A program made the position numbers and the translations under genes. A stretch of DNA of 64,000 nt from positions 28,760-92,759 of the forward strand of contig MCFE01000333.1 of assembly GCA_002104905.1 (NCBI GenBank). The letters run 5' to 3'. The stretch comes from Basidiobolus meristosporus CBS 931.73 (Eukaryota; Fungi; Basidiobolomycota). The notes beneath the pieces were generated by a model. That model saw nothing but the letters and a program-made list of their open reading frames with translations. It was not told the origin of the DNA and did not search any database. Of this stretch, positions 41,143 through 53,795 are shown piece after piece; position 1 is the first letter of the stretch; each line of letters begins with the position of its first letter.

Positions 41143-43565
41143 CAGGTAGAGATTAGCTCAATTGGACCAAATGGTCCAATTGTATTTGAATTTATTTGAC
41201 CTCATAGCAAGGATATATGAAGTCTAAATGAAGTTTGTGAAATCTCTCTGGTATGCACTTTGTGCTGGTGCTTAGATTTTTCACAATGGTTGCAAATACT
41301 TTGGCTTATATTGCCTTTACTGGAGCAACTTTTGGCAGATTTTAATTGGACCAAATGGTCCAACACTTCATTGATGAATAATGGGTATGGCTTTAAGCAA
41401 TTATATTTCAAACATTTAATAGCCAATCCTACTAACTGCTAAGAATTATTGAGCATCATTTGTTTTTTCATATACCACCTTCAAGTGCCTGGTATTGCAG
41501 TCCTTACACCTTGGGTGGCCAGGGTTGCAACTGCATAAAAACTCAACCCTAGTGCCTGTAACATGAGTGGCAGACAAGTTTTGCAAGCTAATCTATGGTA
41601 CTTTGAGCTATAAGCTTTACTCATTGACAGGTAAGTGTGATTTTCTTCACATCTGAGTTGCCTCTGACTACCCAACGGCCCCTTGATGTCTGAACCAGCC
41701 AACTGTCATGATCACATGACAACCATGAACACCCATGCCAAGTTTCAGCTTCCTAGCTCAATTTCTAAGAGATTCCTTCTGGAACCTTCTACCACCTTCC
41801 AGAAAGTTCCTGACCATTCCAAACCATTGTTACACAATGGAACATTCCATGGAAGCTTTCCATTGTATTTTTCATAGTCCAGTACCATATATGGAAATAC
41901 CAGGTCACATGACTTAGTCACATGATCAGGTGACCCAATCCATTTCCCCATCCTGTCTCAGTGCTGTGTCATCTATGTCATTATCCCCAGCACCATTGCT
42001 GTGCCTCACCCCACAACCCCATTAGTATTAGCTATTATCTCTTGGCATCAATATAGCCAAAAGTATATATAGTCCTATCCCCCCTTAAGTATTCCTCAGT
42101 CTGATAAACACAGGTCTTGAATAAACAGCCTTGCCTTGGAAATCCGCCTTGCCTTGTTAATCCACACCTAAGTCCTTTCCTGGTCCTGCCTTGCCTAGCT
42201 CTACTCTCCTGCCTTGTGTCTATTCATAACACCAACTTCTTGCAATATTGCAAGAAATTGTATGCTAAAATATCCTAAATAATGGTATGGCCAGTACCAA
42301 ACCAAGGCTTGACTAATTGCTTGCAGTGGAAGTCAACTTGGACATACCAGGATCATTGTCATATTCCTTTTGTAACTAATCACTCACTGCATCTATTCTC
42401 AGGAAACAAGCAGTGTTATGGTATGCTAAAGTCTTGAACTCCTGTTTGATGGGATGCAGCTTCCACAAGACTTTCTTAACTTTGGGAAAACCAGCTGCTA
42501 ACCATTGATTCATTGATTCATCAATGACTTAATACTTGCAGGGCTCTAAACCAGTTGTCATGTGCTTATTAAAGGCATCAGTAGTTGATCTAATTTGATA
42601 AAGAACATCAATTTCTTGATGTTCATGGGAAGGGATTTCAAGAATGTGCATTTTTAGAATCTCTTTAAATCTTCTATATGACATATATTCCGTAAAGTCA
42701 ATGCGCAGTAAGAAATGAGAAGAGGCTTGCTTCCAGTGAGCTTTTTGTTGGAATGATTGATTAATGCAATCCACTTCATGTACTTGGCAAATGCAATGTC
42801 AGTCCAGGGGCCAATGCTAGTTGCATAAGTATTAATCCTCCAAATGATGGTGCAAAAGTGATGTAAAGGAAGGAAGAACAATAAATAATCCAGTGGTGAG
42901 GCATTTCTAGCATTTTTCATATTTAACCAAGCTTTACAGAGGTAAAACCATGAGCTGGCCCACTTGTATGGGAATCAATATATACTTCCTCAGTTATCCA
43001 GGTGTCTGCTGCAGTAAGGTCAATTTCATCTTCCTCCTGCTCCTCTTCTTGGATTGCATCCTCCAATAGGTCTTCAGTAACAATACTCTTGGTAGTATTA
43101 GCAGTTGCATGTTCAATGTTTCCCAAGGTATCATTACCGTTAGCCTTGATATACTTTAAAAAGTTTTGTCAAAGAGTCAATGTACTCCCTGGTACCAGAT
43201 TCAAAACTACATCATATTTCACATTGCTGTTAACTGTTGAGTGTGCAGTGGTAACCCACTTGAAGCTCAAACTAGGTGTATTCCAGTCAAAATGCAGAGA
43301 TAAAAGTTGTTTGACTTCCTTATGTTTGATAAGTTGCTTGGATACTGATACATGCACATTAACATCAAGATGTTTACTGGCAGGAGGCATGGTTTAAGTC
43401 TTAAATAAAGATAATACAAATTTGACAAATTATCAAAGCAACTCCAAGAAATAAATATCAGATTCTTGTTTATCAGAATATGATATGAAATAAACAAAAC
43501 AAGACACCCATCCAGTAAAAACATTGTACTAATTAGATCAAATGATCCAGCCAATTCTCTACTTG
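41143..43565 (-). mobile_element. piggyBac-like DNA transposon (decayed DDE_Tnp_1_7-type transposase)
   Basis: TTAA on both sides (41139-41142, 43566-43569) and TIRs CAGGTAGAGATTAGCT / CAAGTAGAGAATTGGCT. Motifs SPLDYLLFFLP, YMSYRRFKEILKMH, VLYQIRSTTDAFN, VIDESMNQ and HPIKQEFKTLA. Confidence 0.85.
41704..42231. mobile_element. Solo LTR (528 bp) inside the piggyBac-like transposase
   Basis: TGTCATGA...TCATAACA termini with a perfect 5-bp TSD CCAAC (41699-41703, 42232-42236). Internal TATATA and AATAAA suggest + orientation. Confidence 0.85.
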
Positions 43566-43849
43566 TTAACAAAAAGTGATATAAAAGAGTTATGTGATTG
43601 AGTGTCAAACTGATTGCCCATTGACCAGACTACTTTGGCCCAACACCATATGAGAAGCAAAAAAAGACTATGATGCTCTTGTTGCAAGCCTCTCAGCCAA
43701 GGAGCATGCAGACAGAAGTAAAAAGTGGTACAAAGCTCATGGCCAGTGTTTTGCCACACAAGTTACATTTGACCATTGCCTAGTCACTACTTTACCAACA
43801 AAATCTTGTCAGCCACTTGATACTTCTATAAGTTTTGAGCCCCTAACAC

Positions 43850-46800
43850 TATAGCCTTGTCTGTCAGTGGGATCTTCCCTCTGTTAACAATGGAGGATGT
43901 GGAGGCTGTGGTAGAAAAATGGCCTTTTTCAGCAAACTCATCTATCTTACTGGAGTGTAGCTCAACTTGCTATGCTTCTAACTCTTGTGAAAACAGCTGC
44001 TTTCTTGCTGGTAATTCTTCTTAGCTATGATGGGATTCAGTCTGGCTCTGGCTTATGGCATTAATTGGCAAGAGCTACAGTTTTTTAGCATGCCTCCCTG
44101 TCTTAGGCTTGGGTAAACATTCTTCCCTTTGCCTTTTCCTTTATCACTGCCAGGTCTTTCAATGCTACTTTGTCTGAGTGCTTCTTGTAAAGGACTATGT
44201 TTTCTCCTGAATAAATTCAGCTCTGAAGCATCAGTTTTGGCCTGCTTATCCCTTCCTGGCACTCTTCTGGCAGCCTGACATTTCTTTTCTGCTTATTTTG
44301 AGCTCTCACCATAGTTGTGACAGGCTCCTGTAAAAGGGGCTGCTTTTATCACAGCCAGGTCCTTCACTGCTACTTTGACTGGGTGCTTCTTGAGTGGTAC
44401 TATGCTTTTTCCTTGATAAACATTGTGCTGCTGCATCCATGTCTGCCTGCTTGTCCCTAATTGGCACTCTTCCAGCTACCTGATGTCTCTTTAACGCTTG
44501 TCTGGAGCTTTTGGCCCTTCTTGTAATGGGCACTTGAGGAAGCTGCTGGTTTTTAGCCGTGGCACCCTTGTTCTTCTGCCTTTGATAGTCTCTGCTATTT
44601 TTAAGATACTGTCTTAGCATACCAATGCTGGCCCAAAATCAGTTTGCCCATTTGAATCCAGGATAATACTCATGGAACAAGTCAAGTGCATTTTGTTTGG
44701 CCTTGAGTTTCTGATGGTTACATGCTATGCCAGCCTTCAGGTGATGGCATGCTAGACTTCTTAAGGCCTCTTGTATATTGGCCCACTCTTCATTATAGCA
44801 CTCAATGGCTTGACGGATCTTGAATGTCTTTTGATTTTGAAACCTTGGTATAAACACCACATTGTCTCCCTCCCAGGCTGTGATAGGTTTTTCTGTGGGC
44901 TTTATCAATGGGCACTGTTGTTGTGCCTCAAAGACTGTACAGTGTTTCTCTGCTGTTACATTGGGAAATGGCTCAACTCTTGGCTGTGACATTGAGCTAC
45001 TTAAGTTCCTTCTTTGCAGCAAAGATACTGCTTTCTCTATATGGGATATTGATTGCTCTACATATATCATCTGCTCATCCTGTTTCTGGACTATTTCCTG
45101 ATTACTCTGGGCCATTGCATCTATCCTACCAGCCACTGCACCTAATTGCTTTATTAATGCTTTTGTATGAGCTGATAACATACTTGCTAATATGGGTGGT
45201 GGTGATGTTATCATGGCCACTTGCTGATCATCAACTGAGGGTACTACATTTGCTACATTCTCCTCTGTCTGAGCATAATGGTCAGCTTGTGGCTCTGCAG
45301 AGGTTCTCAATTGCCTACTTGACTGAGAGCCTGAGGAGTCCGCATTACCTTCAATGGGCACACTGTCTACAGGGCCCTTTTTGAAATATAGCCCTGCTTG
45401 TTGCTCTGAATGTCAAAGCAAGCTGTTGTCCAACCATTCTTCTGTTGCCATCAGCAGTGGGGTTTGGTTAAGAACCAGAAAACTTTGCATTAACTTTTGG
45501 CGGCATATATATATGGAAGTGAGTCAAACCAAAGTGAAAATAGTGTTACATATACATGTGTATGCTGTGCCACAACTTTATTTATAATGCTTACTATGGT
45601 GGGTCATCATTAAATCTTACATTTATGTAGGTAAAATGTCTCAAATACAAGACTGTCTTAAGTTCACATGAGTATTGACCAAAAAGTGATATAATAGTAA
45701 TGTATTGTTGAAGGTCAAACTGTTTGCCCCATGGACAGGACTACTTTGACTCAATGCTATAAGAGAAGTGAAAAAAGGCCATGTGGCTATTGTGGCAAGC
45801 CTCTCAGCCATGAAGCACACCAATCACATAGGAAGTATTACAAGGATCACAGCCAGTGTTTTGCCACCCAAGTCATATTTGACCATTCATTGGTCACTAC
45901 TGTACCAACATTATCTTGCCAGCCAGTTGATACTTCTATATCAGCACCTGGCCATCTCTGTCACCTAGCGCAAACTGAGTCAGGTGAGTTTGTTATGCCT
46001 TTAGGCTCACCTCAGCCTTCTGAGTATGGTACACAGAGTGATAACTGTGACAAAGAAGGTTCACTTATGGATTTTGAGCCTATCTCCCCCAACAACAGTA
46101 CCATGTATGAGCCCAGTCAAATCCCTATATGCAATGAGAAAACACCTGTTGAAACAAATGACAAGGATTCTTTATGGAGCCAAGTGAGCCCAGTAATTCA
46201 TCTACTGGTGAATGATGTAATGTTGTGGCTAGAGAAGTGACATGTTTCCACTAATATCATTAATGGGGGCTCTGAGGATTTATTACTTCTTCTTGCCAAA
46301 ATTATACCAGATGCAACTTACAATGTACATGGTACAAGTGGACAGCTATCATGCAGCTGGCAATGTATGATCCAGAGACTGTCCTGATTCCAGCATGTGT
46401 TAATAGTTGCATGGCTTTCACATCCAAAAATGCTACCATTGCAATTTGTCCAAATTGTGAGGTATCCACCACCATTGAGGGAAAACATTGTTCATGCTCC
46501 AGATATATTCAGGTCATATTCCATCTGATGAAGCTGATGCATTCCAACAAATATTGCAAAGCTATACAGTACAACACTCAGTATCATTCAAATGCAAACA
46601 TATTTGATATATTTGATGACAAACATTACAAAAAGCTAAGAAGCAAGGGCTACTCTGAAGGTATGTATGACCATGCCTTTGCTTTAGCACTTGATGAATT
46701 CTCATTAAGCAAGTACTCTACCAGCAAATCCTGCTGGCCACTGACTCTCATCAATCTGAATCTGCTCCCCATCTTACAGTATCAGAGTAATAATCTGATG

Positions 46801-47579
46801 GTAGTCTCACTGGTTTCTGGGCATAAATCACTGTCCAATCTGGATAGCTACCTGTATCCATTGCTGGATAAATTTTGCATGCTTTCCAGCAGGATAACAG
46901 TAAATGACCATCATGTAAATGAGCATATATTTATCTGCATTGGAGATACCCCAGCCATCAGCAAGATAGCAGGTTTTTCCAGGCTCAATGGATAGTATTG
47001 CTGTCAAGCGTGTGAAATCCAGGGGATTTACTCCATAACTCACACACATTATTATTACCCAAACACCAGCACTAAGAATATCTTCTTTCCACTGAGGGAA
47101 CGTACATAAGTCAGCATGCAATTGCAGCAAAGTTGGCAAGCTATAAGCCATCAACAAGAATATGGAATATAGAATCAATCAAAAACCAGAGATACTTCAG
47201 ATAGAGGGTATCTGTTGGAGCAAAAGCTCTCCACTGGGAGCAATGCATTTGCTTTTCAACAATATCCATATGTTGATGACCAAGTTGTACATGGGGCATT
47301 CCAAGCTAAATGAGCCCTTTGAGAGACCAGAGAAATTTGAAAGAATTGGCAAGATATTACAGAGTATCTGCTACCCTAAGTACTTCTCACAGTCTCCAAT
47401 TAATATTCATACGCATATGCAACAATACAAATGCAAAGACTGGATGAACTGGATATGTATTTATTCAAGTGGTGTTCTGAGGCCATTCCTACCAAGAGTA
47501 CATTGGGAGCATTGGGAGTCATATGTGGACATTGTAGGAATATATATCCACCCACAGGACCAAATTATTTTTCATAGGG
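43850..47579 (+). mobile_element. CACTA-like copy: accessory ORF (-, 44639..45361 and onward), divergent transposase (+, about 45730-47545), deleted directly onto the right terminus
   Basis: Tnp2-like ORFs 46351..46995 and 47162..47641. Terminus gaccaaattatttttcataggg at 47579. Confidence 0.75.
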
Positions 47580-49060
47580 TCCAGATATATTTGGTTAATA
47601 TGCTGTCTAAAGAAGCTCATGAAGTCCAACAAATATTGTGAAGCCCTAAAGTACCGCACTTGGTATCAGTTAAGTGCAAACATATCTGCTATATATGATG
47701 GCAAACATTAAAAACATCTAAGAAGCCAGGGCTACTTTGAAGGCATGTATGACCAAGCCTTTACCGTGACACTTGATGGATTCTCATTAAGCAAGTGCTC
47801 AACCAGCAAATCCTGTTGGCCACTCATTCTCATCAACCTGAACCAGCCACATATCTTACAGTATTAGAGCAAAAATCTGATGGTAGTCTCACCAGTATCT
47901 TGGCCTAAATCACCATCCAACTGGATAGCTACCTGTATCCATTGCTGGAGGAGTTTTGTATGCTTTCCAATGGGTTAACAGTAAATGGCCATCATGTCAA
48001 AGCACATATTATTATCTACATTGGAGATATATACTGGACACATTTACAGCTTTAGTGCATGGTGTTTATGATGGTATTTAAGCAGCTATACTACAAGCAT
48101 AAAGCTGAATGTGTAGATCTCTGCTGCTACTGTATCCATTCTCTACTCCATCTTGCTTGGTGTGTTGAGAATATTGGACCTTGCCTAACCTTTTGGGAGT
48201 TTCCTATGGAGCAGATGTGTAGGGAAATAGGAAGACTAGTCAAGTCACAGGTATTACCATGTCCTAATCTCATCAAGAATATTACCTTCAAGTCTGTCAT
48301 GAATGTGATGAGTTGGCACATGGAGGACAGCCAACAAGGATTGGAAAATACTGAGGACAGATGTGCACATGGACACACCTATGCCTATGGCATCAAGAAG
48401 CTAAGCTGCCCCAAAGTGTGGGTGATCAGTCAAGTAATGCAAAGGTGAGCTGAGTGCAACAAGCAACTAATTATTATTAGGAAAACTCTACCAAGGTATG
48501 CTGGATATTTCTTGGTTACAAGCCAACTTCTACACGGTTCAATACAGAATAGATGCAAACAAAAGCCAAAGAACACCTATAAGAGGGTCTAGAATCCAGC
48601 AGGGAGAAGGAATATATTGGCTAAATACCAAAATGTTCATTGCAGATATTCAGGAGGTATTGATGGCAGAAGTGGCAGTAACCAAGCATATACTTGCTAG
48701 ATGTATAGGTTACCAGCAATACAAGGTATATGGCAACTTTGCAAGTATCACACTAGAAAGCTACAAAGTTGAGGTGATAGAAGTATGTCAATTGCTATAG
48801 GTGTGCATGTTTGTAGAAGTTAGTAAGCAGGAGTCCATAGTATTTTTTGATTCAAACTATTTGTAGAATACCCAAGGCAGTAGTGGGTAGGCAAGCAGTG
48901 AGGGGTGATTCTACAGTGGAATATGCTGTTGTGATCCTGTCATAAAATTGTGTAGATGGTAATTAATTCCAAGCTGCTGGTATTATAAATGTCTACTGAC
49001 TGGATCTGACAGCTGATCTGGATTATATCCACCTGTGGGAGCAAATTACTTTTCATAGGG
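47580..49060 (+). mobile_element. CACTA-like copy, 3' part with right terminus
   Basis: Restarts at a position homologous to about 46500. DUF4218-like ORF 48059..48448. Terminus tttcataggg at 49060. Confidence 0.7.
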
Positions 49061-49099
49061 CCCAGCTGTGCTGCTCATGTTGCCCTGAGACACTAGCTT

Positions 49100-50501
49100 T
49101 CAACATCCTCAACTCTCCCCACCATTCCATAGTCCTTGGAAGCTCATGGCTTAGTCACTATTACCCCGCTATCAGTGGGTAGACCCAAACCCTGATATTC
49201 CCCAGAATCCACCATGTCAACTCCATGAAACCCCATCTTTTGGTCCTATCTACAACCTCTTGCAGCTTGAGTTAAAAGAGTTCCATAGTTGTATCAAAGA
49301 AAACCTCCAGAAAGTACTATTCTGCACTTTAATAAGTCCCCCACTGGTGTGCCAATTCTCTTTATCTAAAAAAAGAATGTTACCCTCAGAATGTGTGTAG
49401 ACTACCATACACTGAATAAGATCATAATCAAAAACCAGTACCCTTTGCCCCTTACCAACACCCTGTTGGATCAGCTCCCTGCTGCCAAAGTATTTACCAT
49501 AGTTGACCTCAGATGAGCTTATAATCTTGTCATGATCAAGCCTGGCAATGAATGGAAAACTGCCTTCAGAACAAGATATGATCACTTTGAGTATAAAGCT
49601 ATCCTATTTGGTTTCACCAAGGCCCCAACTGTCTCTTAACACCTGATGAATGACATATTCCAAGAATACCTTGACCAATTTGTGGTTATCAACCTTGATG
49701 ATATCTTGAACTACTCCAAAACTCAAGAGGAGCATAATTCCCATGTGAAGAAAGTCCTGACCAAGCTTGACACTGCTGGCCTCTATGCCAAACTGGAGAA
49801 ATGTGAGTCTGAGCAGAAAGAGGTTAATTTTTGAGGTCATCTTATAAGCTCAAATGAAACAAGAACTAGCACCAGGAAAGTAGAAGCCATCCAGTGCTGG
49901 AAAACTCCCTGATCTGTAAAAGAGATGCAGTACTTCCATGGATTTGCCAACTTCTATCACAGACTCATTGCCAACTACTCCATGATAGTCACTGCCTTGA
50001 CAAAGCTCACCCAAAAGAATCTGCCCTTGGCCTGAAATGAGAAACAGTCTAAGTTCTTTAATTCCATCAAGAAATCATTCTCATATGCCTCCCTGCTTGC
50101 CCACCCTGACTTTGAGAAACCTTTCATCATAGAGACTGATGCCTCTGACTTTGCCCTTAATGCTATCTTTTCCCAATTTATTAACTAGAATATGTAGCAC
50201 CCTTCAACAAAAGACACTTTGAGCTCCTTGCAACACAGTCCTCTAGTATCATTGCTCCCTTGCTCCTTGAGAGAGTCAAGACCAGCCAAGCCACCAATTC
50301 CACAGCTGCAAAATCAAGATATATCCCATGTCTTCTGCTGACCACCCACCCAAGTTCCCAAACCTCCAGTACCTACATCTGTTCAATGACATCATCTACC
50401 ACAAGTCTCAACTGCATGTCCCAGACCTTGATATGCAGTTGGATATCATCCATTCTTGCTATGATTCAACAGCTGCAGGACATCTTGCTTCTGCCAAAAC
50501 C
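49100..50501 (+). mobile_element. Second Ty3/gypsy family relic (RT, RNase H, integrase start)
   Basis: [43 protein letters not shown] and IETDASDFAL, with many stops. Confidence 0.85.
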
Positions 50502-52250
50502 CCCAATGAAAAATTATTGTGATGAACCCATTAAATGGCTGTCACACATTCTAAGTCCTGTGACTAAGAGGTATTGCTCCCATCAGGACACTGTGCAAAG
50601 ACTGTCAAAAATAATTGCACCCTACATTTCATAAAAAACTTTGTCAATAATTTTAATTACAACAATACAAAAGTGGATTTTGATTGGTTCTCTGCCAATT
50701 TTCTCACTTTCCAATCCTAGACACTCTATCATCTCCTATGTTTGTGTGCACCAATTGGCTATTGCGTCTTTTTCACACTCATGACTTCCTGACTCAACTG
50801 CTTCTTGTACTTTTTCTGAAACTTCAGTTGTACTTCATTTGCCAACTTTATCAATCTATAGAATTCCCTATACCTTACAATAACATTAAGCCCAGCCCCA
50901 CACTCAACAAGTAACTCCATTAAAATCCACCACTCAATAGGTATCTCTGCTGTAACACTCTGTTTCCATGACTTTGGCAGGAACCCTATGGCTTTGTGCA
51001 ACTGTTCATTCACTAGTTCCCATACCTCCAGTTGTTCAGTCAGCACTACAAGGACTAGCACCTCATCTGCCAGTCTTTGCAATAAGTCCTTGCAATATTC
51101 AAGTGAGATTTCTTGAGCACTGCTCTTGAAGAAGTGCTCAACCTTGTAGTGTGCCTATTAATGTTCCAAATTCCACTGAAGGCATTGTGATAACCTTTTG
51201 AGTTCTTGACACTGTTACTTTGTCTGTCAGTGGGATCTCCACTCTGTCAACAATGGGGGGTGTGGAGGCTGTGGTAGCCACATTGCCTTTCTCTGCAAAC
51301 TCATCTACCTCACTGGAGTGTAGCTCAACTGGCTGCACTTCCAACTCTTGTGAAAACAGCTGTTTTCTTGTTGGTAATTCTTCTTAGCTATGATGGGATT
51401 CAGTCTGTTCCAGGCTTGCAGCGTTAATTTTTGTTGCAGCTTTTTTCTTACACGTCCCTGTCTCTGACTTGCATAGACTTTTTTCCCTTTGCCTTTCCCT
51501 TTATCACTGCCAGGTCTTTCACTGTTACTTTGTCTGAGCCCCTCTTGTACTGAACTAAATTTTCTCCTTAATGAATGCTGTTCTGATGCATCTCTTCTGA
51601 CCTGCTTGTCCCTTGCTGGCACTCTGCAGGCAACCTGATGCCTCATTTCTGCTTGTTTAGAGCTTTTTGGCCCTGCATGTATCAGGCTCTTGAGGAAGCC
51701 ACCGGTTTTTAGCCATTGCACCCTTGTTCTTCTGCCTTTGATAGTTACTGCTATTCTTGAGATACTTTCTTAGCATACCAATGCGGGCCCAAAATCTGTT
51801 TGCATGTTAGAATCCAGGAAAATGCTCATGGAGCAAGTCAAGTGCATTCTGCTTGGCCTTGAGTTCCTGATGGCCCCATGGTATGCCAGCCTTAAGGTGT
51901 TTGCATGCTAGGCTTCAAGCAGCCTCTTGAATATTAGCCCACTCTTCAACATTGCACTCAACAGCTTGACAGATCTTCAATGTCTTCCAATTTTTTGGCT
52001 TTGGTATAAACACTTCATTTTCTCCCTCCAATGCTGTGATAAGTTTTTCTGTGGGCTTTATCTTTGGGCACTATTGTTGTGCTTCCAAGGCTGTATGGTG
52101 TTCCTCTGCAGTTACATTGGGAAATGGCTCAATTCTTGGCTGTGATATTGAGCTACTTGAGTTCCTTCTTTGCAGCAAAGATATTGCTTTCTCAACCTGG
52201 GATATTTACTAGTCTACATATATTATCTGCTCATCCTGTTTCTTGACTAT
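50502..52250 (+). mobile_element. CACTA-like left arm with terminus, truncated in the accessory ORF
   Basis: Starts CCCAATGAAAAATTATTG and is colinear with 37583 to 36600 reversed and with 44500-45090. Confidence 0.7.
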
Positions 52251-53795
52251 TTCCTGAAATTTATCATCTGGGTTCCTGGTGTTGTGCTGGAAATATTCAA
52301 GGTGAATCTCAACAAGAAGTTTGGCCAGAATTCATTAAGACTTGTAGACTATGATAAGGTGAATATAAGTGCAATTACTGAATACACAAAAAAAACTATA
52401 ATCTACTTGTCCTCCCAATCACTTGCAATATCTCCAAAACTCTTACAACACAAACCACCATCAAGATATCATCACATGAAAAGCAAGAAGAACAGGAACA
52501 CCTACTTGCAGCTATTGTGGCAGTGTCTTGATTGTATCTTTGCATCTAATATGGATTGGACCAACCCATGGGGCCAGATTATGTCTCACAAAGAAATGGT
52601 AAATTAATGATATGCCTAATTGGGCAAGAGGCTGGGGTCAGTTACTATAAAGTATAAGGGCTTATCAAAGTTGGTGCAGTAATACATAGATTTATGTCCA
52701 AGATTTCAATGGAAATCAGCCACTTAGGGTCCAATATATGTACATTGACCAAGGGAGCCAGTTGGTGAGGAGTGTGAAACATGTGCAACAGCCAATCATT
52801 ATGTTAGTACATAAGGGTATATAGGCTTCCAGGATTGGGAAGTGAGAAAAATGGCATGAGCCAATCCACAGAAGTTTAGGAGATACTGAGCTCCACAATT
52901 TTGACTGAGTTGTTTTGAATGCCCAAGGTACAACTTTTTTGGGTGGGTATTTGCATGTTCTCCTGATGACTACTATGTCTCTCTATCACAGGATCTCAAC
53001 TTGATGGTAGTCTTTTGAGGGGACTATAAGAAATATCTTTCAAAGAGAGATTTGTGATTTGCTGGAAAATAGGTATATAGGATGTGCACCAGTTTTGGAA
53101 GAAGATCTTCAAGTGACTGCGATTCCACCACCACCACCGTCTCCCAGTGTGATGACTGCACAAATCTAAGATGGAAATGACCATGCTCAGGTAAATATTC
53201 AGGCGGAAATAAGATACTTCCATCATGATGATGCAGCATAAAGGCTCGAGTAAAGACATTGGGTATGACCCTGAATCCATCCAAGAATTGTTACACACAC
53301 CAATGCCTATTCGCGGATATTCCTGGAAGTCCCATATGCAAAGAATATACCTTGCTGTATTGCAAGTATATGGTGTCGTTATGGCCTCACTTGGAGCGCC
53401 AGATTATGCAACCAGTAGTCTCGTAGTGTGAATGAGAATTCCATAGAGACAAAGGGATTGTAAATGCCTAACCAGAAGGATGTATTCCACCGATCGATAG
53501 AGCATTCGCGAACGCCATCATCTAAGAGTTGCGGAGCGTGAGACACTTCCAAGGCAACAACAATTGTGGCGCGTGAGGAATTGAGCGATATCTCAGGGAT
53601 GATCAAGATTCCCCCTTCCGAAACCTAAACGGGACTCAATCTAAATGGCATTCCGGTGATTTTGAGGCAGCAGTTGGTGGGTAATGAAAGAGGGTTCGGG
53701 ATCCCTTCCGATTTATTACTAGGAAATGGGTGTGAATTACTTTTTTATGTTAAGCCCTAACTTCTAAGGATTATCAAATGGTCAACCAGCGGGAA

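Larger units (their letters stand above)
39390..43835 (+). mobile_element. CACTA-like copy split by a piggyBac-like element
   Basis: Accessory ORF 40322..40972 (-). 40980-41142 and 43566-43835 join into sequence colinear with 45500-45940. Confidence 0.7.

Noticed and set aside
1-53100. Classical RIP
   Set aside because: CpA is plentiful and the differences between copies centre on CpG.
52300-53606. Calling a pseudogene from broken minus-strand frames
   Set aside because: No family was recognised, so it is mentioned only as a possibility within the CpG-boundary finding.
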